DNA of 64,000 bases from a virus (taxonomy: Duplodnaviria; Caudoviricetes). A program made the position numbers and the translations under genes. The notes beneath the pieces were generated by a model. It had not been told where the DNA came from. It made no database searches and was given only the letters and a program-made list of their open reading frames with translations. Below are positions 19,829 to 30,268 of this stretch, one piece after another. Each line of letters begins with the position of its first letter. Position 1 is the first letter of the stretch. The stretch lies in IMG/VR virus record IMGVR_UViG_3300005077_000489, positions 128,001-192,000 of that record; one strand, written 5' to 3'.

Positions 19829-21370
19829 ATGGCTTATGAAAACATTAGGTTAGATGTGGCTTCTTTTTGTGCGGCGGGTGAGTATTTCTATGAAATGAAA
19901 CCTGCTCCCACTAATATGCTTATACAGAAATCGAGTTACGGCGATTCTGTAATGGCTTATCCATTTTCGCACGAGATAGATTTATCCCTTGCAGGAGGAG
20001 CATTCTTATCTCTTCAGTACGATGGAATAAACTTTTGGTCTTTGGAGAAAAGATATATAGATGGACAAGGAACAGAAAAGGAGAGGATCTTAAGGAGATG
20101 GAGGATAGAGAACTTTGTTTGTAATCTAAAAGACTCTTGGCGTATAAGAGCACAAGGAATAGAGAGTATAAATGGAGAAGCCTTTGCCATAGAACATTAC
20201 TATAATACAATTACTACAGCAGTTGGTCCTGGAACAGGTAATCTAGATAGGATTTATTTGACATATCCGCGTGCATCCTTTTTCCACGTTACTGATAAAT
20301 TGACTTTAAAGTCGGCTACTCAGGATTATATACAAGATGTTGCTGTTGCTACTACGCCTGATAATTCAACGGTATGGACTGCAGAACCTGTAACTAATGT
20401 TTACTTACCCGGGGATTCTGTTGTTTTACGAAGGGATTTATACTTCTTTAATAATCAATCACCCAGCGAGGGTTCAGCCGGTGCCGCTCTTTACCATTTT
20501 TCGGTCCCGCACATAACTGCTGCAGATCCTACTGCTCTTAATGAATTAACCTATAAAGGCTGCCATGAAAGTGGGGTTTATGAACAGACTAAGTGTGCTA
20601 CCTTCATAACGACCTCTGGACAGTCAGACGCCATTAATCAGTCATATTACACCGGGTTAATAAGTTATGTTAGAGGGCAACAATTATTGTTGAAAAGACC
20701 AAACTTACCCGGGGGCGGATTACAGTATCCTGGTCCAAGTTCTGCTGGAGTTGTAACAACTGGTTTTGATTATGTCGGTACGAATACAGAATTCAGAGAT
20801 AATGTGTCTTCTATGATTATGGACAACGCTCTAAAGAATGATAGGATTAATCTCTGGACTATTTATGACTTAGGTGCTTCTGTGCATCCTACTAATTGTG
20901 TTAGTGTTAATATCTATAGATTGCAGATGGGTTATACGTATGGAGCACTGGAAGGGAGCTGGTCTACCTATAATTATGTTGTATCGGTTCTGAAACCACT
21001 TGTAACCTCTATTGCCTTGACTGCAGAACCCGCTTTAGTTGTTGCTAACGGGGTAGACAGGGCATTTATATGGGCTACAGTAAGAGACCAATATGGTGCG
21101 GCATTAAATTATAAACGTGTCGTGTTCGGACTACAGGCTACGGATGACGATGCCGAGGGTTATTTTATTTGCCCAGACTCAATCTCATCTTGTGTCCCTG
21201 GTAGTTTTACGTGGTTAGACAGCCCACCGCACAAAGAGGCTGAAGTATTAACAGGGAGTCAATCGTCTTATCCTGGCGGACCCCCGGCTATGGGTGGTCA
21301 AGCAGTCATAGAGTGGAGGTCAGGAACTAAGGCTGGGTTAGTTACGATTGTTGCTATAGTACAACCGTAA
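19829..21370 (+). CDS. Putative structural protein with a C-terminal Big_1-like Ig domain (513 aa)
   Basis: Paralogous N-terminus to 17027..18367. C-terminal IALTAEPALVVANGVDRAFIWATVRDQYG is invasin-like. Confidence 0.7.
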   Translation: MAYENIRLDVASFCAAGEYFYEMKPAPTNMLIQKSSYGDSVMAYPFSHEIDLSLAGGAFLSLQYDGINFWSLEKRYIDGQGTEKERILRRWRIENFVCNLKDSWRIRAQGIESINGEAFAIEHYYNTITTAVGPGTGNLDRIYLTYPRASFFHVTDKLTLKSATQDYIQDVAVATTPDNSTVWTAEPVTNVYLPGDSVVLRRDLYFFNNQSPSEGSAGAALYHFSVPHITAADPTALNELTYKGCHESGVYEQTKCATFITTSGQSDAINQSYYTGLISYVRGQQLLLKRPNLPGGGLQYPGPSSAGVVTTGFDYVGTNTEFRDNVSSMIMDNALKNDRINLWTIYDLGASVHPTNCVSVNIYRLQMGYTYGALEGSWSTYNYVVSVLKPLVTSIALTAEPALVVANGVDRAFIWATVRDQYGAALNYKRVVFGLQATDDDAEGYFICPDSISSCVPGSFTWLDSPPHKEAEVLTGSQSSYPGGPPAMGGQAVIEWRSGTKAGLVTIVAIVQP

Positions 21371-21371
21371 T

Positions 21372-23357
21372 ATGGAAAAGTCTATATTAATAAGAGGCCC
21401 AAGTGAAAAAGAGAGTAATCACAATGTCCAGAGTTATACCTACGGGCATGAGTGGGGAGAGTCTGTAGAATATCTAGACCCCGATAATGATGCGGTTTAT
21501 AGTTATTATAGAACTAATGGACCTCCGGATTATAAGATTACAGGAGAGTTTGATACTCCGTGGGATACCCAACTGTACATACCACAGGGGATTCTACTAG
21601 CTCCACGCGATGACCCTGGTCAAACCATGACATACGGAAGAAAGCCCTCCTATGTACGTATTATAGCTAACAAAGGGGCTTGGCCACATATAACGGAGGA
21701 AGAAAGAACATGGATACAATCACATCTGAGCGAGGTCACGGATGAATTCTTATGCCCTGTTTTTTGGGGGTTGGACTTTGTTTATTTCTTATATCGCGAT
21801 CCTTCTCTTTACGGAACTGTTTGTAATCCTGGTGGTTATTTTACTATTAGGACGCAAGAAGAAATAGAAACACATCAGATGATAGATGCACCTTGGAATG
21901 CAGTTAACATAGAGACAATGACCATAAGTGGAACTCTAATCAGTGGTTCTACTACTTTAAGTATAACCATGCCTTGGGTTGATACTGGCGGTCTTACAGG
22001 CTTCTATATGGATACGAGTTTTTTAAATACTGGAGGTTACTTCTTCCTGGGACCTAATGCTCAGGGAGAGTCTGGTTCAGCTCGACTTATTTCTATAATA
22101 GACAGTGAAAATGTAGAAATTACTCCCACACCTTATACCTTTCAACATGGAGATGCTATATTATATAAAGACTCCTCTATAGAGAAAGGATATGATTTTC
22201 ATGTACCCGAGGGATCTGGAGCACATATTCTGGGAGGCGGGGAATACACAACATCAAGCGGAGGACACAGTACTGAAACCTTAATAGAGTTGAGAGGAGG
22301 ACTAGAGACTTTTACTATAATAGAGACTTTTATACCTATTCCTTGGGCTATACCGGCTCCCTATTCTATTCGCAATGTACCATTCACCAATATTTGGCAG
22401 CGATTTCAGAATCCCTCCGTTCCATTAAACTGGGATACATTAATCTATAAAGTTAACGGGTTAGATATTACCCCAGATGTAGAGTTGACACTTATCCCGG
22501 GGGGAGCCGAATTATTTTATGACCCTCCAACAGATTTTCCACTAGCTAGTAAGGTCTACATAGATATTTATGTTTCTGCTTCTCCTAGTATCCTGAGAAC
22601 TTTTGCGGATAATGTAATAGTTGGTACAGAATATGTGAATATTGCTGATGGTGATGCTTCTATTATACAACCAGGAGGCTTCGTATTCTTAGGACCAAAT
22701 AATCTGGGGCAGAGCGAATCAAAAGAAGTTCGGGGGGTAGTTAATGATACGCAGATATTGATATATGCGACAGAATATGAATATTCTGCTGGAGACGAGA
22801 TTCTATATACATATGATGATTATCCTTTATCTATAAAGTATTGGTTCGATATCGTAGATGATTTTAAGCCACCTACTATATATAATATGTATCCTTCACA
22901 AGGAATGGTGAACATAGATGTAAACCACTGGATACGATTCGAGATAAGGGATGAGGGTTTGGGGGTGGATATAAGTTCCTTAACCTTTACTGTAAATAAC
23001 TTAGTTGTCATACCTACTATCTATAAGTATAGTGATTATTGGTATCAAGTTATTTATGAACCACCCGTACCTTATTATTATAACGCTCCTATTGAGTGTT
23101 TTGCAACTGTCACAGATTTATCTAGTCAGAGAAATAGAGCCTTCGCTGTTTGGAGTTTTAATACAGGTCCGTCTGTCACTCCAATAATAATGAATCCTGT
23201 TCCTGGCTATTGTGCATTTCCAGTACATGCAAATGCTGATGTGAAGTTAGACGTTTTTGCTAGGGAAGGAGGAGCTAATTGGCCCTCCATGACTTTTACT
23301 ATAGACCAAAAGAAGTATGAATACTATAGTTATCCGAAAATCTATAGGTTTAAATAA
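21372..23357 (+). CDS. Putative structural protein with two internal beta-barrel repeats and Ig-like domains (661 aa)
   Basis: Internal repeat GGYFFLGPNAQGES...GDAILY / GGFVFLGPNNLGQS...GDEILY. Big_5-like DDFKPPTIYNMYPSQG...IRDEGLGVDISSL. Confidence 0.65.
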   Translation: MEKSILIRGPSEKESNHNVQSYTYGHEWGESVEYLDPDNDAVYSYYRTNGPPDYKITGEFDTPWDTQLYIPQGILLAPRDDPGQTMTYGRKPSYVRIIANKGAWPHITEEERTWIQSHLSEVTDEFLCPVFWGLDFVYFLYRDPSLYGTVCNPGGYFTIRTQEEIETHQMIDAPWNAVNIETMTISGTLISGSTTLSITMPWVDTGGLTGFYMDTSFLNTGGYFFLGPNAQGESGSARLISIIDSENVEITPTPYTFQHGDAILYKDSSIEKGYDFHVPEGSGAHILGGGEYTTSSGGHSTETLIELRGGLETFTIIETFIPIPWAIPAPYSIRNVPFTNIWQRFQNPSVPLNWDTLIYKVNGLDITPDVELTLIPGGAELFYDPPTDFPLASKVYIDIYVSASPSILRTFADNVIVGTEYVNIADGDASIIQPGGFVFLGPNNLGQSESKEVRGVVNDTQILIYATEYEYSAGDEILYTYDDYPLSIKYWFDIVDDFKPPTIYNMYPSQGMVNIDVNHWIRFEIRDEGLGVDISSLTFTVNNLVVIPTIYKYSDYWYQVIYEPPVPYYYNAPIECFATVTDLSSQRNRAFAVWSFNTGPSVTPIIMNPVPGYCAFPVHANADVKLDVFAREGGANWPSMTFTIDQKKYEYYSYPKIYRFK

Positions 23358-23371
23358 GAAGGAGGGTTAAG

Positions 23372-24529
23372 ATGCAAGTAGGTAAAATATCATCTTATAA
23401 CTTAGAAAAGAATTTTAATAAATTTTACAGTGAAATGAATGGGACTACTGGGTCTGGTCATGTTAGTTATTGTCCTAAGATAATACATAACCAAGAACAG
23501 ATAGTTCGTTGCCAACTACGGGATGGGTCAGCAACCCCTAATGGGATAATAAAATATTGGAACATGGACGGTACAGAGGCTGCTCAATTCACCATTGGTT
23601 CCGGGGGAGTGCCTTATAAGAATGTACTAGACATTGCTTGGATAAATGATGAAATGAAATTTGTTTACATTACATCTGACCCTTCCCTAGTGACTGGTAG
23701 TACTTATAATATATATAAATGTGGTGTAGATGGAGCCGACCCTGAGTTACTAATTAGTGAGTTTGATGGTGGGTCGGAATATGCTGCGTGGGCGGTTGCG
23801 TCTGTTAGTGGATATGTGGGTATTTGTGCTAGTGATACAGATCTATTCGTGAAGACGGGTAAAAATCTGTATAAAATTCCCGAAGGTACTACTGGTGATT
23901 GGGGATCTGTGAGTGGAGATACAATTTTGTTAGATGACGGTTTCCATTACGGAGACGGCGTGGGGTGCCAGAATCTGATGTACCAACCAGATGCTACTAC
24001 TTCAGGTTATATTTTATATACATGGTATGATTCGTCAATCGATACTTTGTACTTAAGGAGTATAGACACCCAAGATACTATGGCATATGATGCGTCTAGA
24101 TGGGCTATGCTTGATGTTACCTATTATTCGAGTGTAAAAGAACCCATATTCTTAAATCAATTAGATACTGATGCTTTACATGTTTTAGTACCTACGGCAG
24201 TTACAGCTACCGGTACTGTTACCCAGCAAGCTGCTTACCTTAATGTTTTTAATATTGATGACAATATTGCGGCATTTTTGAATGTTAATTCCTCTGACAC
24301 AGTGATGCCTGCTGGTATCGGTGCTACCTCCGACATTATTGCCACAGTAGTTAATTGTTGGGGTACCACGCTGTCAGGGAAGTTGGTTCAGTTCTGGGTC
24401 AGTAGTGGAGATGGCGGAGTTTATCCTACATATGATACTAGTGATGCAAATGGGCGTGCTCAAACAGAATTTACTACTGGAGCTAACGTAGGTATATCGA
24501 CCGTTGCAGTTGTGGTTAATGAAGCATAA
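23372..24529 (+). CDS. Putative structural protein: beta-rich N-terminus, C-terminal Big_1-like Ig domain (385 aa)
   Basis: GGAGGG RBS. C-terminal IIATVVNCWGTTLSGKLVQF...TSDANGRAQTEFTTG is invasin-like. Confidence 0.65.
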   Translation: MQVGKISSYNLEKNFNKFYSEMNGTTGSGHVSYCPKIIHNQEQIVRCQLRDGSATPNGIIKYWNMDGTEAAQFTIGSGGVPYKNVLDIAWINDEMKFVYITSDPSLVTGSTYNIYKCGVDGADPELLISEFDGGSEYAAWAVASVSGYVGICASDTDLFVKTGKNLYKIPEGTTGDWGSVSGDTILLDDGFHYGDGVGCQNLMYQPDATTSGYILYTWYDSSIDTLYLRSIDTQDTMAYDASRWAMLDVTYYSSVKEPIFLNQLDTDALHVLVPTAVTATGTVTQQAAYLNVFNIDDNIAAFLNVNSSDTVMPAGIGATSDIIATVVNCWGTTLSGKLVQFWVSSGDGGVYPTYDTSDANGRAQTEFTTGANVGISTVAVVVNEA

Positions 24530-24537
24530 GGATTGTT

Positions 24538-27500
24538 ATGGATTGTACTATAAGTGGTGTAATAACAGGTTCTGGAACTTTAACTACGAGCGGTACAACT
24601 GTATCGGGCGGTTGCCCCTCATGCTCCGGCAGTCATTATGTTTATTATACTTATGCAATACCTAGGGAGTGCATCAATGCTACTACCACTTTATTTACTT
24701 CTGTAAGTGGACTAGAGCAGGATTATGTATTACAGACGCAACAAATACAAGATACGGTTGGTTTTGGTCCTATAGACATTGGTGAAGGTTTAATTGCATG
24801 GCATAGATTTGTAGAGTCAGATGGTTATTACTATGATTGGTCTTCAAACACTTATGATGCCCAAGCCTTAGGGAATGTAATTAATAGTGAGGGAAGATAC
24901 GGTCAGGGGGTCCGCGTCGGAGAATATCCCCATGGATGTATCTCTGCTCCTATACCTACCCAGAGTGGGAGCAACTATATGTTGTCATTCTGGTTGAAAC
25001 CCTCCGTTCTGCTTACTTCGGGTAATAATACTTCGTTCCGTTTATTTGAATCGGATACTTTCTATGGCGATCATTTCGCTGATTCTAATGACTACAATGT
25101 GCTACGTCCATATAAAGGGTGGACGCTGCTGAATACTACAACTACGGCTGTAGCCGGATATAATTCTACGTACCTTAGATTTAAGGGAGCGTCCAACACT
25201 AATTGGTTTTCTGGTACGTGGACAGCCTCTACAATATATTTTAATATAGAAAGAAACAGAGATTGGGATATAGAGACGGAACTATTAACAAACGAACTCA
25301 TTGGTGACCAGGCTGCTGGATTTATCTTTTTTGACCGTTTGTCTTATGTTAATTATTGTTCATTAATAATAGACTGTGATAACAATGCAGTTACCACTTA
25401 TGATGATTTGACTCCACCTATGGATGGGAATACATCCCCTACCCCTTACATAGTTGCTGCTACGTCAGAGAATAGTTCTAGTTATGCTGCTTATAAGGCT
25501 TTTGACCATTCTAATGATAGTTATGGCTGGAGGTCTAATACAGGATTACCAGCAGCCATATATTTTTATTTTGGTATTCCCATATATGTAACACATTATA
25601 GGTTTCGTAGTGTGAATGCGGCGGACAGTAGAGGGTTTCCTGCAAATTTTACTTTATACGGGAGCAATGCTGCCAGTCCTAGTGTTAGTGATGATGCCGA
25701 TTGGGTTCAGATAGACCAAAGGACATCTACTTCTTATCCAGGACAGGATGGGTATACTTCTTGGTTCGCTATTTCGTCACCTTCTTCTTATACATATTAT
25801 AAGATAAAGATTACGTCTGTTAGTAGTGACACTTTTGTTTGGATAGGTGAAGTAGAGTTTTCTGAGTATGAGTATACTCCGGCTACAGTTAGTGTTTTAG
25901 TCCAGACAGATTCCTTCTCTTATACTGTTTCCTCTAGTATCACCCAGGACTTATTATCTACTTTCAAGCTAGGTTTGGTGAAACGTGGTAATATAATAAC
26001 ATTTAGATACAAACCATATTACGCAAATTATTGGTTAGATACAATCTACGAGATGGATTGCTCTCTATGGAGTAATTCCATGGCTCTGGGATTGCAAAGT
26101 AGAAACCCATCGGGAGTTTCGCCAGAGATTTATTTTGATTATCTATCCTTTACTCGTGGTCTAAAACCTGATAACGTCGGGGATGAAGAAGCTCCTGGTA
26201 GATTAATTATATCATATAATGAGACTGATGTTTATGGGGAAATCGGGGTACGAGATGATAGTCGAATTTGGGCACAGACTACACGAAGTGGTCATGCTTT
26301 TGGTACCTCTACATATAATTGGGAACCGGATACTTGGTATTTATTACAGTTTGGTTTTGCTCCTGATGCTGCTGCCGGTGATTATACTTGGTGGGTAGAT
26401 GCGACTCGGGAGAATGGTTTACTGGTTGGGTCGGGTACCGGTGGGTCTTCTATTTATTATAATAATGTCATTAATTATTTTGATTCTTATCCTATGCCCG
26501 CCAGTGGAGTTTTTACTATTGATGAGGTTTCTCACTGGAGTAGGTGGCTGACTGCGGAAGAAATTCTTAGAATGTTAAACAGGGTTTCTCAATCTGCGTG
26601 GTTGGCAGTGGCAGATTATTTATATGGCAACGATAGTTTTTTGACTGCGGCTGTTTCCGTATCTGGAGGTTATGGTTTGTACTCCGATGTAAACCATAAG
26701 GATTTCTATTATCATACACAGTATCAAGCACCCTTATTACCACAAGCAGAAGTAACTTATAATAAGATTAGTTATAGGATACAGAAGGAATACAAGGTTG
26801 TGGCGGCTCGGATAGATGAATTTGTACTGAATATATTTAGATGTTCCAGTGGTTGGATAACTAATATGGAAGAATGTTTCAATTGTGCTAATAGTAGTGC
26901 TTGTCTCTGCGATGTCCGCGGCGGTATTGCTATTTATACCTTGCCGTTCTGGGGCAATCAATTCAATAAATTATTCCATATTATAAGCCGACAGAAGTAT
27001 AATTACAACAATGTGTTATTAATCCGTATAGATACTCTGACCGGGCAGTATTCAATCATGGGTTACGATTTAAATTCTCCCTATCCAACTTCTTTAATCC
27101 CGGCAAACAACCAGCGTATGATACATCCGGAATTATTATGGCAAGATGAACCAAATATAACTATAGAAATTTCTGATTTCGGTGGTAACCTCGCTGAGGA
27201 TCGGAGTCGTGTTTGGATAAAGAGAGAGAATGTTGGGTATAATACTTTTACTAAAATTGATGATTTCTGCTTTTATGAAGAAGACTTTAAATTACTACCC
27301 ACTTATTCAGGTTCTTTAGGGACGACTGTATCAGGGAATGGATGGACAATAGTAAATATCGATAATACTATATCTTGCAAGGTTAATGATAACTTTAATA
27401 GTAATGTTGTGTTGGATTATACTGACATAGTTGCGTCCGGGGTCGAAGGAAGTTTGACCACCTCTGGGCTCAACGATAGTTTGGAAACAATAAAAAATTA

Positions 27501-30216
27501 TACTTATTACTATAATCCTGAATGTTCTATAAGCGGAACTAGGAATCTAGAGGTGATAACAACAAGTGGTGCTTGGTCTAGTATTTTAGGTAATAATTTA
27601 ACGGCACCCTTTGCTTATCAACTCATACCTTCTACTGTTTCTGGGTGGGATTTTATTACTAAAGTAAATAGTTCTTTTGAGGGAGATACTAGAGGACAAT
27701 ATTGTGGGCTGATGGCTGCTTCACCGACAAACAATACTAAATATACTCAATTGTTACTTTCTCCGAGTGGTGTTATACTTAGACCGACACCCACGTTGAG
27801 TGGTGTTTATATTAATACTGGTAAAAATAGTTATGACCCCATCTGGTTCAAAATAAATAAGAACAATAACGTATTAAAATATTACTGGTCTCTTACAGGT
27901 AGTTCCTGGACACAGTATACGTCCGTGAGTGGAGAGTCCTTTCTTAATACTAATAACTTAGCAGTTGGTCCTGTAGTTATATCAGAACGAGCGGGATATG
28001 ACACTGGGGTTACAAAAGCCTGGTTTGAGTTTGTAAAATTTACCACATCTGGGAATAATACCAGCGAAATAAATTTTAATAATGGTGGGTGGGAACTCCT
28101 GTTAGAAGGTTCATACCCTGTTAATTCTATAGATAATTCCGGTTATGTAAGCTATACCAAAGTGGCTGACTACAGATATATTTTGAACTATGAACCAAAA
28201 GAGTCATTCGTGGGTGGTGAACAGGTCTATGTTCGTACAGAATCCCACGATGTGCCTAGTTTTAAGATAGACTATTCTTATGGTAATGACCTACTATTAC
28301 TCAAAGGTGACGGGGTCCACGGTCAAGTTGTGGACAGTAATTATGGAGAATTGGGGGCTAGCGGTATTAATACTGCTTTTATATTTGACTCCTCTTCCTA
28401 TAACTTAAAAACATATTCCGTATCAGGGACTAATAGTGTAACTACTACGACCGGTATAAAATATTTGGGTAATGGTTCCTTTTATTTCCCCACTAATATT
28501 GGTCTTACTACTGAGGCTGTGCCCTATGATTTATCTACCACTAATTGGACATTTCATACATGGATCAATACTACGTCCACTTCGGGTAGTATACTATCCT
28601 TTCTGCCTATTACAGGTAATAGTTTTATATGTAAATATTATAGTAGTAGGTTGAACTTCTTAAGTGGGACTACCCTATTAGGTTCTGGAACTATCTTTAC
28701 CATCCCTACTGGTTGGAACCACCTCGGTGTGATGCGTAATAATGATTATCTATATGGTTATTTTAACGGTAAGATGGTTGCTTCCTCATACATCGGTAAT
28801 ATTACGTTGGCTACAGCATCGGGTAGCAGAATAAAATTGATGGGTGATAATATAACAGGTTATCTAGATATGGTTACGTTAAAAGATAGCCCTATATTCT
28901 CTGATACTCTAGTATCAACAAACGATCTGGATATTATTACTTCTTTTAATATTGCTAGTAGTCATGGTTTCGAGGTTACGTTGAATTGTGTAACAGACGA
29001 CCATGCCCCCGTGGTTGTACCAGTAGACCCAGTTCCTTACCAACAATTAATATGTCCTTCGTCGGGTATTGTTTTTGATATCTTAGACGATTTTACAGGT
29101 GTGAAGTGGACACAAACCAGTATTATAATAGATGGTATAACTGTTTGGTCTGGCGGGAACAACATGACAGACTACTTCGATGATAGAGGCACATTGATAT
29201 ATGAGGAGACAGGGGAGAAGGGCGGTGAGTGGGCAGATACGCAAGGAACCTCCTTCGAAAAATCAGACGGGATAAACCGATTACTATATCCTCCTGGGAC
29301 AGTATACAGTGGTAGTGGTGCTTGGGGACGCCGTTATACATATTATTTACCCGATGCAACACAAATTAATTATTTTGGTAGAACAATAAATATTACGATA
29401 TCTGGCACAGACGATTTTGGCTACCTATCATATTTAGATAGTTTTTACCCTAATGAATTTTCTTATGATTACGAATTCAGTTTCATTTATAACACTAATA
29501 TTCAATTCGCGAATTGTTTTATGGTTCCTGGAGAAAGTTATCGTATAGATGAAATAGAAGCTCGCGGGTGGAACTTCTGTACAGATATATTTGACAGTGA
29601 ATATCCGGTTACAGATATAGATGATGCGGAATGTTATATAAATTTCAACGACGGTATAAATCAGTTTACTGCATCAGGGACTTGGATGACAACATGGACG
29701 GGTGAGTTAGGTACTACATCTGGTGTCTTCCATCGAATACAATGGTATCCGGATAATCATTGGAACTGGGGTGGTAACAGGGCGATGTACTTAACTATAG
29801 AAGCACATAATACGCATCCATATTGTGATGTCTATAACACCGTAGAGTATATATATTACTATGGTAAAGAAATTTGGTGGTATCACACCGCGAGGCGTAA
29901 TGATTTAAAACAATACCCTCCTTTTGATTTGAACCATAAGTTACCAGTTCTAATAGGCATAAAGACACAGGACTTTATACCTGAAACATTTTTCAGGTCT
30001 TATCTGTTCTGGACGCATCCCGGTAAAACATATGATTTGGGAGTTACACTGAAAGCTATACCAAAACCGACGAAGGATTTAAAAGTCGGTATACTGGCAC
30101 ATAGTCATTACTTACAATATAGTGAGGATGTTGATGTAGAAATCTATTGTAAAGATTTAGATGGAAATGAAATAACATATACGTGGATTTTTACCACGGA
30201 AGATAAACCAAATTAA
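24538..30216 (+). CDS. Giant structural/adhesion protein (1892 aa): two LamG, two DUF1349/ConA-like, one discoidin and several Ig-like domains, partly nested
   Basis: LIAWHRF...SFWLKP and IDEVSHWSRWLTAEE (split LamG); AYKAFD...YGSN...YYKIKIT (discoidin); LLLLKGDG...FIFDSS...WTFHTWI...WNHLGVMR (LamG); DDHAPVV (Ig). Confidence 0.8.
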   Translation: MDCTISGVITGSGTLTTSGTTVSGGCPSCSGSHYVYYTYAIPRECINATTTLFTSVSGLEQDYVLQTQQIQDTVGFGPIDIGEGLIAWHRFVESDGYYYDWSSNTYDAQALGNVINSEGRYGQGVRVGEYPHGCISAPIPTQSGSNYMLSFWLKPSVLLTSGNNTSFRLFESDTFYGDHFADSNDYNVLRPYKGWTLLNTTTTAVAGYNSTYLRFKGASNTNWFSGTWTASTIYFNIERNRDWDIETELLTNELIGDQAAGFIFFDRLSYVNYCSLIIDCDNNAVTTYDDLTPPMDGNTSPTPYIVAATSENSSSYAAYKAFDHSNDSYGWRSNTGLPAAIYFYFGIPIYVTHYRFRSVNAADSRGFPANFTLYGSNAASPSVSDDADWVQIDQRTSTSYPGQDGYTSWFAISSPSSYTYYKIKITSVSSDTFVWIGEVEFSEYEYTPATVSVLVQTDSFSYTVSSSITQDLLSTFKLGLVKRGNIITFRYKPYYANYWLDTIYEMDCSLWSNSMALGLQSRNPSGVSPEIYFDYLSFTRGLKPDNVGDEEAPGRLIISYNETDVYGEIGVRDDSRIWAQTTRSGHAFGTSTYNWEPDTWYLLQFGFAPDAAAGDYTWWVDATRENGLLVGSGTGGSSIYYNNVINYFDSYPMPASGVFTIDEVSHWSRWLTAEEILRMLNRVSQSAWLAVADYLYGNDSFLTAAVSVSGGYGLYSDVNHKDFYYHTQYQAPLLPQAEVTYNKISYRIQKEYKVVAARIDEFVLNIFRCSSGWITNMEECFNCANSSACLCDVRGGIAIYTLPFWGNQFNKLFHIISRQKYNYNNVLLIRIDTLTGQYSIMGYDLNSPYPTSLIPANNQRMIHPELLWQDEPNITIEISDFGGNLAEDRSRVWIKRENVGYNTFTKIDDFCFYEEDFKLLPTYSGSLGTTVSGNGWTIVNIDNTISCKVNDNFNSNVVLDYTDIVASGVEGSLTTSGLNDSLETIKNYTYYYNPECSISGTRNLEVITTSGAWSSILGNNLTAPFAYQLIPSTVSGWDFITKVNSSFEGDTRGQYCGLMAASPTNNTKYTQLLLSPSGVILRPTPTLSGVYINTGKNSYDPIWFKINKNNNVLKYYWSLTGSSWTQYTSVSGESFLNTNNLAVGPVVISERAGYDTGVTKAWFEFVKFTTSGNNTSEINFNNGGWELLLEGSYPVNSIDNSGYVSYTKVADYRYILNYEPKESFVGGEQVYVRTESHDVPSFKIDYSYGNDLLLLKGDGVHGQVVDSNYGELGASGINTAFIFDSSSYNLKTYSVSGTNSVTTTTGIKYLGNGSFYFPTNIGLTTEAVPYDLSTTNWTFHTWINTTSTSGSILSFLPITGNSFICKYYSSRLNFLSGTTLLGSGTIFTIPTGWNHLGVMRNNDYLYGYFNGKMVASSYIGNITLATASGSRIKLMGDNITGYLDMVTLKDSPIFSDTLVSTNDLDIITSFNIASSHGFEVTLNCVTDDHAPVVVPVDPVPYQQLICPSSGIVFDILDDFTGVKWTQTSIIIDGITVWSGGNNMTDYFDDRGTLIYEETGEKGGEWADTQGTSFEKSDGINRLLYPPGTVYSGSGAWGRRYTYYLPDATQINYFGRTINITISGTDDFGYLSYLDSFYPNEFSYDYEFSFIYNTNIQFANCFMVPGESYRIDEIEARGWNFCTDIFDSEYPVTDIDDAECYINFNDGINQFTASGTWMTTWTGELGTTSGVFHRIQWYPDNHWNWGGNRAMYLTIEAHNTHPYCDVYNTVEYIYYYGKEIWWYHTARRNDLKQYPPFDLNHKLPVLIGIKTQDFIPETFFRSYLFWTHPGKTYDLGVTLKAIPKPTKDLKVGILAHSHYLQYSEDVDVEIYCKDLDGNEITYTWIFTTEDKPN

Positions 30217-30217
30217 C

Positions 30218-30250
30218 TATCCTGCTAGGAATTACAGCAGGGTATCTTTG
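30218..30250 (+). terminator. Possible weak intrinsic terminator or processing hairpin
   Basis: Stem TATCCTGCT (30218-26) / AGCAGGGTA (30236-44) with one G-U pair, followed by TCTTTG. Lies in the longest intergenic gap of the structural block apart from the IscB leader. Confidence 0.4.
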
Positions 30251-30268
30251 TAATGGAGGATTTTTATT

